Source: Lama guanicoe
Taxonomy: Eukaryota
Assembly: GCA_013239625.1 (NCBI GenBank)
Contig: MU053881.1
Span: 15,182,373-15,246,372, forward strand
Length of the DNA stretch: 64,000 nucleotides
Direction: 5' to 3'
The position numbers were made by a program, and so were the translations under genes. Below, piece after piece: positions 13,201 to 26,040 of the stretch. Every line of letters starts with the position of its first letter. Within the stretch, counting starts at the first letter, position 1. A model generated the notes under the pieces. That model was not told where the DNA came from. It did not search any database and saw only the letters and a program-made list of their open reading frames with translations.

Positions 13201-16200
13201 TGGGGAGGGTGGCGGGTCTCACCCCGAGTCCATAGACCTGACCTGACCTTGATGCTTGGGGAGCCTGTTGGGCTTCAGCTCAGAGCTGACAAGTTTTCTT
13301 GAATGAGTGAGCGGCTGGCTTCCCCTAGGCTGGGATACCTGTGCGTAGTGTGGCCGAGGGAGGGCTGGCTACTGCAGCACAGAGCCTCGTGCTTTCTCTG
13401 TAGGGGGGGCACTCCTGCCTCCCAGGGCTCTTGTAAAGTCAAGTGTATGGCTGTAGCCGGCTGGTGTCCAGTGGAGCCCCATGAGCGGTAGCCACTGCCA
13501 TGTTAGTCAGTAGTCGGGAAGGGCATTCAGGGGGTTCTCATTGGTGGGGGCTTGATCTTCAGCAAACCCTCCCCTCACTGTTTCTTGAGCTTTTTGGTGA
13601 AACCTGTCCCCACTTACCTGCGTGCTCTGACTTGTGAGTCCCACGTCTCTGGCCCCTACTTAGCCTGCCCTCTCTTCTCTTCTCCTCTGCCCTGGCAGCA
13701 CCCAGCCCAGGTTCATGGCCCTGAAGCCTTCCTGTGCATGCTGTGGCTGTGGGGACATCATGGAGGACAGAAGGCCTCATTTCACTCGTGTCCCCCCTGC
13801 TACCCTCGGCCTGGGCCACCTGCTCCAACCTTGCCTCTATTCCTGTGGTCTGGCCTTGCTTCACAGGCTTCACTCCTCTCATCTGTGAAATGGGGATGAG
13901 GCCCACACCATGTAATAGGGTTGCCATGGGGATCCAGGTAGTCAGGGCCCTGGAGGTGATGGTCCTGGCCTGTGGAGCTGCCCTGTTTCACTCAGACTTG
14001 GCTCTGTCACTGTTTCCCATCGTGTGAGGAAGATGCTGAGCACAGTGATGTTTTAGACTAGTTCCCAGAGGTGGCCCTTATGGGCTGGAACCAGGTCCAC
14101 TGATGACCTGGCCACCCTTCCTCTGTTCTCGTGGCCTTTGGGCGCAGCTGAGCCTCCTGCAGGCCCGTGTTGCTGAGTGCTGGGCATCCTGGGCCTGGTG
14201 GATCTGGCTGGTATTTGTGCGCCCCCGTGTGGTCGCCAAGGGCCTTGCCTGCGGTCGCTCGTTTTCCTCGGAGCCTGTGGCCTTGCTCAGGATTAGCCTC
14301 TAGCTGCCCAGCCTCTCCCCTGGAAACACCAGAAACTCTGGGCACAGGAGCTCCTTTGAAATGGTCTCTCTTCTTTTTCAGAAACGTCCGCAGCCTCCTG
14401 ATTTCATCGACCCTCTGGCTAACAAGAAACCCAGGGTATCGCACTTCACCCAGAGACCTCAGCCTGCAGTCAACGGAAAGCTGAGTGCACCCCACAGCCG
14501 TGAGGCCCTGCTGCCCACCCCGGGCCCACTGGCTGGCACGGACGCCCACCTGCCCCTGCGGCTGGAGCCCCCACGGGCCCACGACCCTCTGGCCGACGTC
14601 AGCAACGACCTGGGCCACAGTGGCCGGGACTGTGAGCGTGGGGAAGCAGCCACCTCAGCCCATACTGCGCGCCTCAGCCTGCCCCTGCTGACGGACTGTG
14701 CCCAGCCCAGCAGGCCCCACGGCAGCTCCTTGCACGGCAAGTCCAAGAAGAAGAGCAAGAAGCACAAAGACAAGGAGAGGGCAGCTGAGGACAGGCACCG
14801 GGCCCGGACCCCAGACCATATGCCAGGTCCCCTTGGAGCCCCACCAGTCGCCCCAGGTAGGTGTTGAGAGGCAGGCCTATGGGCCAGGAACTCTGCCAAA
14901 GGGTGTCACTGGGAGCCTAAGTGCTGGCCCTATGTCCACTCTTACTCCACAGAGTGCTGAGGGGCCACACCATGAGTCCCCACTTTGGCTCATCCTGCAC
15001 ATTAGGCCCCTTTGCACCCAGTGTCCTCACACTGGCTTGTCTGAATGCCCTGGTGTCGTTGTTCCTGGAGTCTCCTGCAGTCCTGCTGTGTGCCAGGCCA
15101 GTTCTCAGGGCCAGGGGCTCAGAGCCTGACAGATGGCTCATGGGAGGGGACAACACCCAGGGAGAGGAACAAGCTCCAGGCCGCAGCTCTAGCTGCAGGG
15201 AGATCTCAGACACTGAGAGGGAGCCGGACAGGGCTGGGACTCAGGGAAGGCGGTGGGGAACAGGGCCTGGCAGGGAGGAGGGCGGGCAGTCCCTGGATCA
15301 CCATGGACCTGCTAAGCAAACATTTTAGCCAGTGGAGAAAGGGTTTGGGAGGCGGGACCACAAGGAGGCGGGGAGACTGTCCATAGAACAGCAGGCGGTA
15401 AGAGCCAGAACAAGGTCTTGTAGCCTGTGGGAAACTTCTGGCAGTTGAGAGACCTGGGATCACAGCAGTGAGATGAGGGGTGCAAGGCTGGTGGGGGCCG
15501 TGTGCTGAGCAGGGAAATCTCAGGGGGGGGCTAGGGCACTAGGGAGGCGCATGGATGGGTGGGGATGGTGGTGGAGGCAGGGTCATTACCCCAGAGCCAG
15601 TGCCGCTGAGTTTATAGACACAGGCACCTGAGTTGAGCACCCTTTGTGGCTGCTGTCAACCCAGAAAATAATTTATGAGGCTGCAAATAAGAGAATAGTT
15701 TATTTGGAGTCTTAAGAATTATGATTTGGGCGACATACAGTCAGGTAGCCCTGAAAGAGTGTTTCAAGGAAGAGAGTCAGGCTTATAAAGATAAAAAGCC
15801 ACAAGTTTGTTAAATGTCACCTGGTGAGAATGGTGATTGACTCTGTCACAAGTCGGAAAATATTCTTTCAGGTTAGGGGTCTGAGAAGTCGGCGGGGTGT
15901 CACAAGTTTCTGGAATATCACTTCATCAGGTCAGAAGGTCAAGATTCCATCCAGGCAGAGACGTACTTAAGTCACATTTCCTTAATGGTCTCCTGGCTCC
16001 ACTTTAGAGAGTCCTGTTAGGAATACTGACTCCATTTTGATTTTCTGTTCGTGTGATTTAATCTAATCAACCTGTCAACAGACGTGCAGCCACACCAGCT
16101 ACGTGGGATTGCGGCTGCAGCTTCAGTCCTGGGGCAGCCTGGGCCATGTCACCTGCTACAGCTTTTAGTTGGTTTCTTCAGGAGGGTCCCCAGCAGGGGG

Positions 16201-19200
16201 CATTCTGGATCAAGGGTGGAGCCACTTTCTCCTTAAGGCTTTTTAGTTTTGTCACTCAGCTGTCCTCCAGAAAGGCTATGCCAGCCCCTCCTTTTGTGTT
16301 CCTGGAACTGTGGGGTTGGTCGGGTGGAGACAGACATTTCTGTTTCTTCAGTCCCCTGGGTTCCCTCAGCCCTGCTGCACACTAGGCTTCCCAGTGCCTG
16401 TGGATGGGCTGACAAGGAGAAGGCTGCCTGGTCCCGTGAGCAAATGCCCCGTCCTCCAGGTCCCGCCCAGGGAGGTAGGCCCTGAGCATCCGGGCAGCAC
16501 ATTCTATCCCAAACAGCAGAAGATCCCACGTGCTCCAGGCAGGGTTCTGAGAAGGAGGCCTGTGGGGCTGGGCATCAGATGGGGCCAGGAAGATGCCACC
16601 TTGGCCGGCCCCACGCACAGGGCTCGGTTGGCTTCAGATCCTGTCCCGTGTGCATCGGCCCCAGGCTGAAGTGAGAAAGTAAGGTTTAGGGTCAGGCAGA
16701 CCAGGAAGTAGATGCCCCAAGAAAAAGGAAAAAGACAACTGAGGCACTGGCAGCCGAGTCTGGCGCCAGGTGATCCATCTTAACCCATGTCACTTGGGCA
16801 GCTCGACTGGCAATGATAACAGGTGGGCGTAGAGCCCCTCCCCACTCCAGGCACCCACCTGACCCCACCACTGCCACTGAGGCCCCTTCCTGGGTGGGGG
16901 ATATGCGCAGGAAGGAGCCACCCACCTCCCTTTAACAGCGACACTGTTCTCTGCGCACTCCCCCAGACTCCTGGAGAGGGGTCTAGGTCAGTACCTGAGG
17001 AGGCTTCCTAGCCCTGTGTCCTGTGGGGCAGAGGAACAGGCATCAGTTTAACCCACCCTTCTGCATGGCACTGTCCCCCTAGTCTGGCCCTGCTGTCCCA
17101 GCCCTGCCTTATGATCGCCTTGACCTTGACAGATGGAGCAGCCTTCACCTGTCGGGCAGGTGGCTTTGCTCAGCCTACCCATGGCCCCGACTCGAGCCTC
17201 TCAAGGGCCCCCTCTGGCCATCTTCATCCCTCTGTGCTGCAGGCCCACTCCTGGGTTTTATGCCCACCCTTGTACCTGCCCGCGACTCTTGCCCAGGCCA
17301 TGGACCCCTCTGATGGCCGAAGGGTGCCTTCCTGGGCAGGCTGGCATGCTGGGTGGGGGACTTGGGCTCAGCCAGGCCGAGCTCAGGCCCACTGACCCCT
17401 GTGTGGAGACAGGCACCCACACTTGGGTCCTGCAGGGTGAACTCTCAGGGTGAACTCTTGCACCCCCTGCCCTGGGGAGGCACAGGAGAAGCCAGTGGAG
17501 GGGGACAAAGTGGGGCAGGAATCAGCTCAGCTGCTGCAGGGATGACAGAGTGATGTGATGGCCTCCTGTAGCCAGTGCTGGTACAGGAGCACGTGGGGCT
17601 CAGACCCAGGACCAGAGCCTGCAGGGCCTTCGACTCCCATCAGCAGAGAGGCGTGGGCAGGAGCCAGGGCTTTTCCTGCAGCCACTTGTCTTTGTCATAT
17701 AGAGCTGGAGACTGGGATGTCCTAGGGACTCGGCCAGGGGTCACTGGTTTTCAGCTTAGTGACCTTTTCCATGATGTTAGTGGAGGCAGCCAAGGCTCTG
17801 GACGGGTCACGCTCTGGACAAGGCTTTGGCCCTGAGATTAACCCATCCTTTTGGGTCCTTGCTGAAAAAGTGCCCACAGTGCTGTCTGGCCCTCTGCGCT
17901 CTACACGGCTGTGCTTTGGAGACACGCATGCCGGCTCACCACCTCTCCCTTGGGCTGAAGGTACTCCCGGCTCCGGCGGGACCGCCTGAGGTGGCCAGAC
18001 GGCCCTTGGCAGCGCTCACACCTCCTACTTCCACTGTGTGGCCTCAGCAATCCCTCCCCATGGCCTGCAGACAGCAGGGCAGGAAACCTGCAGATCTCGC
18101 CATGGACTCAAGAGCTGTGTTTGCTCTTTGTAGGTTTAAACGGGACCTGTAGCAGCTCAAGTGTCCCCACGTCCACCTCGGAGACGCCCGACTACTTGCT
18201 GTGAGTACTTCCCTTGCTGCTGCTCTCACCAGAGGCTTCAGCCCCTCCCCACCCCTGCACTGCAGGTTAGAGGCACAGCTGACCTGTGTCCCTGTGTGAG
18301 TTCCCAACTGCCTGGTCTGTGCCAGGTCAGGGCCGTTTTCCTGGGTGGGGCCGGCCCCCTGGCCGTGGGTATTTCCAGGGTCTCTGCAGCAGTCCCCCTG
18401 AGCCCTGCCAGCCCCTCTCTCCTGTCCCCCCCACCAGAAAATATGCCACCATCTCCTCCTCGGAGCAGCGCCAGAGCTACAAGAACGACTTCAACGCCGA
18501 GTATAGCGAATACCGAGACCTGCACGCCCGCATCGAGCAGATCACGCGGCGCTTCACACAGCTCGACGCCCAGCTCCGGCAGCTCTCCCAGGGCTCTGAG
18601 GAGTACGAGGTAGCGGTGGAACCCCTGCTCACGGCCCTCTGCCCCTGCCATCAGATGGCTCTGCCGGATGCTGGCATCCTTGGACACATTCCGTCGTAGC
18701 CCCTGTTTCCCACTCTGTGTGATGGTGGCCTGTCCCTTGGACTCGACCTCCCCAGCAGTGACGCGGGTCGTGACCGACTCCACAGGGGGGGGTGACCTGT
18801 GGGGGCAGGAGTGGTGTTCCAAGCAGCAGAGATGGCCGGGGAACAGTAGGCTGAGGTGTATGGGTCCACCTCCAAGAGCACCTGGGGTCCTCTCTGCAGC
18901 CCGCTAACCTGCATCACAGGAGAATCCTTGGCTCCCAGGAGGAAGAACAGGGCCAGGCCGCGTCCCCTGGCCCATCAGTGCTGTTACAGCCATAGGGGAA
19001 TGTGGGAGGGAATGGAGGGTCCCTGTGGTCCCCCCACCCCCAACCCTTTCCTCTGGCCTTGGGCACATGGGCTCCTCAAGCCATGCCATCCCATGTGGGA
19101 GCTCACTGCAGGGGGCTTAGTCACTATCCCTGGGACACCAGCCTCCTCCTTGTACCACCCTTCAGAGCTGATTACCTGCCTGCAGGGCCAGCACTGAGTA

Positions 19201-20604
19201 GTCAGGGTATCAGGGTCTGTCTCCCCTGGTGGAGGCTACTTTGATTTCCAGAGGAGATGGCTTGTGATTGGAGGCGTAATGGGTTTTAAAGGGCCTAAGG
19301 CAAGCCCCCAGACACTCCCCAGCATTCCCCTGTGCCCTGAGGTGGTCAGGGGGCCTCTGTGCTTGCCCTTGAACTTTGGACAGGCCAGCTGGGTGGGAGG
19401 GAAGGAGGCCATCCTGCCTGCTCTTTGCCTCCTTCCGTGGCTCTGACCAGCCTGTCCCTCCCACCGTGTGGCCTCGTGCTTGTCCCTGAGGCTGGGCCCT
19501 GCCCCTCGCTCCCCGGGTCCAGCTTCCTCCCCCTGCCCTGTTCATCCCCCAGCTGCCCCTCCCCTGTACTGCCTCACGCCATCACGCCATGCTGAGGCCA
19601 TTGTCCCTGAGCAGGCACAGGTCACAGGTTATCGGGGAGAAGGGGCCACTCATTTGGGGTGTCTTGCAGGTAAAGTATTGTTCGCTTTCTCTTTTGTTTT
19701 TCTCCAGACTACTCGTGGGCAGATTTTGCAGGAATATAGAAAAATCAAAAAGGTGAGTCTCCATCTCATTTGGGGGGGGTAGGCTGGGGGTGGTCAGAAG
19801 AAGCTGTTTCAAGGTAAGTAACACCAGAGTCTGGGAGAGGAGGGAGAGAGGGAGGAAGGGCCTAACCCGGCTGGTCTCAGGCCCTCAGAGTAGCCCCTGC
19901 CTGTATTTACAGCTGAGGAGCTGGGTTGTCCTGTGAGCTTTGGCACAGCCCCTCACCAGACACCCCTGCACCCCTCCAGCTCTCCCGTTGCTTGGTGGGT
20001 GCAGCCCAGGCCCTTTCCAACTCCCTCAAAGGCTCCAGGGGAGGAACCAAAATTCCCCACCCCCAGCCTGGCCCTATCTGAGTCTTTAGCTGCTAGTCTG
20101 GGAGGAATGCCCAGCCTCCTGGGCTCAGGCTGTCTCCTTAGGGGCACCGAGCCCCCAACCTCAGGCTTCCCTACCATCTCCTGTGATGTGGTTCCAGGAC
20201 ATCAGCTCTTGTTCCTGAAGGCCATGTGGTTGACCACGTGTGCGCTCCTGTGCACTGGGGCAGTTCCCTGCCAGCCAGGCCCCAGCCCAGCTTCATGACC
20301 TATCTTGCCTCTGGCTCTTACCCTGGCCCTGACCTGCTTCCTCGGGTGGAGCCCAGGGTCAGAGCAGGGGTCCCTGTCCTGGCATGGAGGGCTCTGGCCT
20401 ACAAGCAGGGGGAGTGGGAACCTGGGGCAGCCAAGTGGGGCTTGAGTTCAGTTTGGGCTCTGAGCCGTGTCCACCACTCTCTTACAGACCAACACCAACT
20501 ACAGCCAGGAGAAGCACCGCTGTGAGTACCTGCACAGCAAGCTGGCCCACATCAAGAGGCTCATCGCCGAGTACGACCAGCGGCAGCTGCAGGCCTGGCC
20601 TTAG
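1296..20604 (+). CDS. ELL: RNA polymerase II elongation factor ELL, 5'-partial (exons 3-12 by human numbering)
   Basis: GT-AG exons: 1296-1417, 1809-1972, 4098-4372, 7850-7974, 13068-13164, 14382-14856, 18134-18200, 18438-18609, 19708-19752, 20488-20604 (TAG). They join in frame (1659 nt). Peptides include [52 protein letters not shown], Lys-rich [12 protein letters not shown] and the C-terminal occludin/ELL domain [34 protein letters not shown]. Exons 1-2 lie upstream of the window. Confidence 0.97.
6600..6900 (+). mobile_element. Degenerate ancient LINE-1 (L1M-type) fragment
   Basis: AT-richer patch with L1 3'-region-like words (aaaatgttc..cctttgacccgctaatcccgcttctggga; ggaatattactcaaccattaaaaa). 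Recognised by eye. Confidence 0.5.
7205..7550 (-). mobile_element. MaLR solo LTR (MLT1A-like)
   Basis: Typical MLT1 words: aagtccaagatgaag, ctggtgagagcctgcttcctggttcatagac, cactaatcccatcatga..ccctcatgacctgatcacctcccaaaggccccacttcctaatacc. Confidence 0.8.
8161..8270 (-). mobile_element. tRNA-derived SINE (camelid Vic-1-like) with target-site duplication
   Basis: The minus strand reads ..GTAGCTCAGTGGTAGAG (A box)..GGTTCAATCCCCAGTACCTCC (B box) then an A-rich tail. Flanked by ca(t/c)gagtcaccatctt at 8145-8160 and 8271-8286. Confidence 0.88.
10720..11520 (-). mobile_element. LINE-1 (L1M) 3' fragment including an ORF2 C-terminal remnant
   Basis: ORF 11037..11315(-) encodes [25 protein letters not shown], the Cys-rich end of L1 ORF2p. 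It continues into L1MB-like 3'UTR words (atggatttgcc..ttggacatttca). Confidence 0.9.
13870..13950 (+). mobile_element. MIR SINE fragment
   Basis: MIR core word ctcatctgtgaaatggggatga. Confidence 0.55.
15654..16080. mobile_element. Probable ERV solo LTR
   Basis: About 430-bp AT-rich block in a GC-rich intron, bounded by TG..CA with imperfect inverted ends (tgtcaac ... gtcaaca). No clear TSD, and the family is not assigned. Confidence 0.5.
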
Positions 20605-22646
20605 CCCGAGGCCACCGGGCAGGAGGTCCCATCGGCCAGCCAGGCCAGCTGGCCTCACCCGGCTGACTGTTCTGAATGGTGGGGGAGCTGGGGGCGAGGG
20701 GGAGCTGAAGATGAGGAAAAAAGAGATTTATTTAAAAAAATAAACATGAGGAAGACACATTCATCTGAGCCAGAAACGCCGGCTTTCCGGGGAGCCCCTG
20801 CCGCCCTGGTTCCCACAGGTCACACAGATCCAGGTGGGGTATCTGGCTCCCCCAGGCCCCACACCTCCTGAGCAGCCCCCCGGCCTAGGACGGGCTCCCC
20901 AAGGAGCCCACCTCCTCGCCAGCCCAAGGGGCATCAACTTCCTGTCAGTGAAAGACTTCAAGGCCAGCCTGCCTGGCCTTTTCTAGTTTTATACAAAGAC
21001 AGCCACTTTTAGCTCCTGCTTATGAGACTTGAGTCTATTTTTGTACAAAAGAGAAAGCATCTTTTTTCTAAACCTGTGCCTCCCCTCCTTGGATGTCCAG
21101 GGTCTATCTAGACGCTGCCCTGTGTCCTTTCTACAGTATTAACAGACGCCCTCAGAAAGTTCGGCGTCGTTCCTGCAAGCTCTGAGGAGAACCCATGGTG
21201 GGGCGGGGGTGCCTCTCCCCGGCTGGTCTCCCGCGGACACCGCCTCTCCCTCCCAAGCAGAGGCTCTGCTCTAAGGGGGCGGGCAAGGTGACGCGACCCC
21301 TACAGCTCTATTTCGAAAACTCCAGTTGGCCTGGGAGCAGCTGCTGGGAGCCACCAGGCCCCCCTGCTATTTCAGGCCCTCAGCTGTCCGGGGGTCACGG
21401 GGAGTTTTCTGTGCTTGTAAGCTCATGCTCTGCAGCAACAGTGTCAGATTTTTTTTGATCGTCTTCTCAATTTTCCCCTTTGCTGCTGCTCTTCATTTCG
21501 CACTGTTGAGACCCAGTGGTCTCCATGCTGTCGACCTCGCTCCGTCCCTCAGCCCACTCATGGGTCCTGGGGTCGTCTTTGCAGAGCCACTGCAGGGTTT
21601 GCACTCAGGGAGGGGCTAGGGGTTGGTGGAGCCAGGGGGACCCCCAAGAGTGAGCTCAGAAAAGGCGCCTGATCCATCCACCCTGGGGACGCTGGCCTGC
21701 AGACACCCCAATTGCTGCTTAGTCACTGTGCCTAGTCTGATGTCCCCCAAAGTGTCGGGGGGGTTGCGTGTGTTTGTGTGTGTGTGAGGGGCCCCGCCAG
21801 GGTGTGCGGGGGTCTGAGGCATGCGTTCATGTGAATTCAGGGCCACGTTCAGCGAAGCCACGACTGGGGAAGGTGGTAGAGGTGGTTGCGACCCACAGCC
21901 CAGGAGTCACAGATGGGGAGGGGGGTTGCATCCACCAACAGTAGTGAGGCAGGGAGAGCAGAACTGCTCACTCAGACATGTCTATTTTTCTAAGCTGTGG
22001 GGGTGTCTGCTAATGGCTTCCCAAAGAGCAGGCGCGCCTACAGTGTGCCCACCCACCCCAGAGTCTCCACGGGACCCCTGGGGTGCCTGGAGTGCCAAGG
22101 AAGCTCATCCTTTATGTTTCAATAGCTGTTGTGTTGTTTTTCATCTGGGGAAGGGCTGAGCAGACCCTGGAAGCCCGAGTTCTGCAGACAGCCATCTTGT
22201 ACCTGGCTGGACCTGCAGACTTGGTAAAACGGGATGGTTGTCGGAGGCCACACCGTGGAGGCCGACCTGCCTGCCCTCTGCCCTCGGATCCAGTTCAAGG
22301 GACTCTGAGTTGAATTTCCTTCTTCTTGTTTTTTTGTTGTTGTTTTTCTCCTTTTAAGGAATTTTGAAGCTAAGAAATGTTTTGTGCTTTGGGGGTTGAT
22401 GGACAAAAGTTCTAGCTGATTAAATATGGTCTAACTTATTGATACTGTGTTTTTTTTTCTTTTAATATTGTACTGTGGAGAAAAACTGTTTTGAGCCATG
22501 GAGTTGGTGTTTACAAGAACTTTTCACTTTTGCCAAAATGTTACAATTGAAAGGCATCTGCATCTTTGGTTTCCTAATATTTTCTTAAAAGATCTAGTGT
22601 CCTTTTTGTACACTAAACAGGTGAATGCTGATTTTTTTCAACCTAC

Positions 22647-22652
22647 AATAAA
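22647..22652 (+). terminator. ELL distal polyadenylation signal
   Basis: AATAAA ending a U-rich 3'UTR segment with upstream TGTA motifs, followed by GT-rich sequence. Confidence 0.8.
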
Positions 22653-24309
22653 TTTCACTGAACTGAACCTATCAGCCCAAGCTGGGTGTGCATATGTCAG
22701 TCCCTAGGGGTGGGGGTTGGTTCTGTGTGGGGGTGGGCAGGAGTCAGGAGGCAACCTGGCCCTGGGGCGACCACGGTAACGAGTGGAGGGGGGTGCATAG
22801 GCTTGTACTGGGCAGAGAAGGCGTCCTGGGCAGGCTGCCAGAGCCACTGCCCAGGAGTGAGTCCAGCAGGTGGAGGGCTAACCTGAGGTCGAGGGCCCTG
22901 CAGGTGCCAGAGCAGGAGGCCAGACCGCCAGGTCATAGGGAGGAAATGTCTGAGATGGGAGGTGGGGACAGCGGGGAGCCATGACTGGTGTGTGAGCAGG
23001 GTAGGCCCTCCCCATCTCGTGAATAGGGTAGGCTGAGCCAGGCAGGGAGATCCCCGGGTCCCTGGCAGCACCAAAGCCCCCGGTAGTGGGGCCACATGGG
23101 ACCAAGGGAGTGCCCTTATTTTGGGTAACTGAGCTGTGACTGACGATGAAAATGGCGAGTAACGGCACTATTAGGTAACTCCTCCCAGGCTGGAATGCTG
23201 GGGGTAAGGGTCCCTACGGCCCCCGTGGGGACAGGAACACTGAGGCCCAGTGGAGCCCCACAGACCCAGGACACCAGTTGGGATAGCTGTCCTTGCCCCT
23301 TGTTCCAAAGGCAGGGGGCAGGTTCTACCCTCCAAGGACATGGTAGGGGGATGTTTATTTTAGGAAGGAAAAACAGACAAAGTATAAGACCAGGATTAAA
23401 GGGGTCCAGGGGTCAGGGACTGTGGGTCTTACCCTCTCCAGTGGCCCTGCTGGCCAGCGGCCTTGGCCTGAGTTCTGAGGCGGCCCAGGAATCTGAGGGG
23501 CGCGGGAGGTGAGGTCAGGCAGGCCCTGCGGGCCAGAATGTACCCTGCTCCCTGGGCAGCCTGGCCACGCCTTTCTAACGGGATAACCTCTGTCCCCACA
23601 CCCTGGGGCCCAGGGCCGACACCTGCCTCCTTCAGCCTCATCACGCCTCAGCCTTGCCTTGCCCACCAGCCCCCTGCCAGGCTCGCCCACAGCCCCCGCA
23701 CTGCCCAGCAGCACCCTGGTCATTGGGCCCTTAGTGCACCATGGCCACAGGCCATTCCCTGACCATCCTTCCTGAGCTGAGGACACCAAAAGTCTAGCCC
23801 CCAGGGGGCCCAGAAGGGTCTTCTCGCCCTCATGACCTGCACCGTGGCCAAGGGGCTCTGTGTTGCCCACCAGCCCCTGCCACTTGCTGGACAACGTCCT
23901 CCTGCCACCACCTGGGTCCCACCAGCCCTCCGTGCACCGGGCTCAGTCTGGGCACTGGCACTCAGCAGTGACCAAGACAGCTCTGCCCCTGCCCTTGGGA
24001 GCCTGCAGTCTCATGGGTATGGGGGTCCCTGGTCGCTCATGGACCACCTGCAGGCAGCACATTCATGCTGTGTCACACCCCCAGACAGTCCCTACAGTCC
24101 CCTTACAGCTCCAACTGACTGCTTGGAATAGAAGCATCCAGAAGCCATGTCTCTCCCCACTGCCCCAGCACTGCCCCTCCAGGGAGCCTGCCTGGGCCCG
24201 CTCTGTCTCTGCCCCGCACCACCTTCCTGCCAGTACCTCTCACAGGCTGCCCTGTGAATGCTGGGGTTCCCCAGGGCTGGGTCTTTGGAGATTTTTCTGT
24301 ACACATTCC

Positions 24310-24805
24310 TGTGATGTCACATGTGGCCTGGAGGCGCCAGCTCCCTCAGATTCTCCAACACCAACTGGACATCCAACAGTTCACTTCCCAGGTCTGGCAT
24401 CAGACCCCACATGTTATGGGGCTCAGGGCCCCATTTCAGACACCAACCACAAAGTCTCTGGCCACCCATAATTCTGACCATTCAGCTATAAATTGGGAGT
24501 TCCTTTACCCCCTTGGAGGTTTGGTAATTTGCTAGAATGGCTCTCAGTGCTTAGGAAAACACTTCAATCACCAAATGGAGGCAATGCAGAGGCCAGGGTG
24601 TAGGGGATGGCACGAGGCTGCCAGGACTCCTCCAGGTATGCCACCCTCCCAGCACCTCCATGTGTTCACCCAAACCCCATTGTTTAGGGGTTTTTAGCAG
24701 AGGTTTCAGCACATAGACAGGATTGAGTAAATCACTGGGCCCTATGAATAAACTCAATCTCAAGCCAGGAACTGGGGACAAAACTCAAATATTTATTATA
24801 CCATA
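24310..24805. mobile_element. ERV LTR remnant (MER21-like) between ELL and ISYNA1
   Basis: MER21-like words: caacaccaactggacatccaacagttca, tcagaccccaca, gctataaattgggagttcc, taatttgctagaatggctc..aggaaaacactt. Confidence 0.7.
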
Positions 24806-25699
24806 ATCCCCGTCCCCAGCCCTAAAGTTCTGCCCTGGTCCCCAAACTGCCTCCGTCCCCCTCACACCCATCCCCTTTTCTTATGCCCTAGAAACCACTC
24901 CCCTAGGTTTTTTCCCAGGCAGCTCTTCATATATTTGATAAGAGATGTCTTCATATCTCAAGACCCCTTCCAGCAGCCACCTCCTCCAGGCAGTCTGCCC
25001 TGCCCAACCCTGCCTCTTAGGTCCCCAGTCCACTTCTGACTTCCTCACACTAGAGCCCCTTGAAGGCAAAAGCCTAGACCAGAAGCCCCCAACCCCCAAG
25101 GCCAGGCCCTGACCATGTTTCCTGCGAATGATCCCAACTATTCACCTTTTGGGTCAGCTCCAGTGGTGGAAACTTTCCAGCCGGAGGAGGCCGCTTGTTT
25201 TGGAAAGTTCCTGGGGGAGCCGCCCCCGCCCGCCTGCCGGGTTCCCACGCTCCTTTATCACTGGCGCTTAGAGGGGCTCAGTGCTGTGCAGGCTTAGCTC
25301 CTCCCCAGCTGGCTGCCTCTGCCCTGCCCACCCCCTTCCCTCCTTTCCCCAGCGAACAGCCTCCTCCACCCCAACTCCAGCCTGGCCCTATCAAGCCCTC
25401 CTGCTACAAGTGGGGAAACCTAGGCCTCGCAGCCCCCTAATTCCTGAGTGAGCCCTGTCGGGGGTGGGGGTGTGCCCGGAGGGCGCTGCTGCTCTGAAAG
25501 GGGGAGGGGGAGGCAGCTTGGGCTGGAGGAGTGTCTAGCGTTGAAATACGAATCCTGGCTTAGTCTTCTGCTTCAGCGTCCAGTGCCTCAGTTTCTCCAG
25601 AGACCCCCCCCCAACTCCTCAAAGGCCCAGCCTCCTTTCCTAGCTCCACTTCCTGCCTTGAGGCTGGGGCCTGGCCCTCATTTTCAGCCTTCAAGTCCT

Positions 25700-26040
25700 C
25701 TTTCGCAAACGGGGATACGCTGCCGAGGGCCCTAACCGCCTGTGGTGCGAAGTGAATCACGCGCGCCGAGCTCGGGCCGGGGGGTCTGCAACCCACGTGA
25801 TTGCCTGGCCGCAGGAGACCGGGCGGAGGCCAGATATCCGCGAAGGCTCAGGACAGCAGGGCCTCGAACCCAAGACCAAGACCGGTGAGCGCCCTCCCCC
25901 CTGCTCCGGGGACCGCCCCTCCTCCAGGGCCCGGGCGGGGCGAGGGGCGGGGCGGGGGTGGGGCCGCGGCTCTTTTCTCTGGAGTTCGCGCGCCCTGAGC
26001 CCTAGCCGTCCGCCGCTGTCTCAGCCGACTCCGCGCTGGT
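25700..26040 (+). promoter_or_regulatory. ISYNA1 CpG-island promoter and non-coding exon 1
   Basis: Dense CpG, tandem GC boxes (ggggcggggcgggg near 25944), E-box CACGTG at 25794-25799. Exon-1 donor TG|gtgagt after 26038; exon-2 acceptor ends at 26147. Confidence 0.8.

Noticed and set aside
17433..17459. 13-bp tandem duplication cagggtgaactct x2
   Set aside because: Ordinary slippage duplication in an intron with no sign of function.
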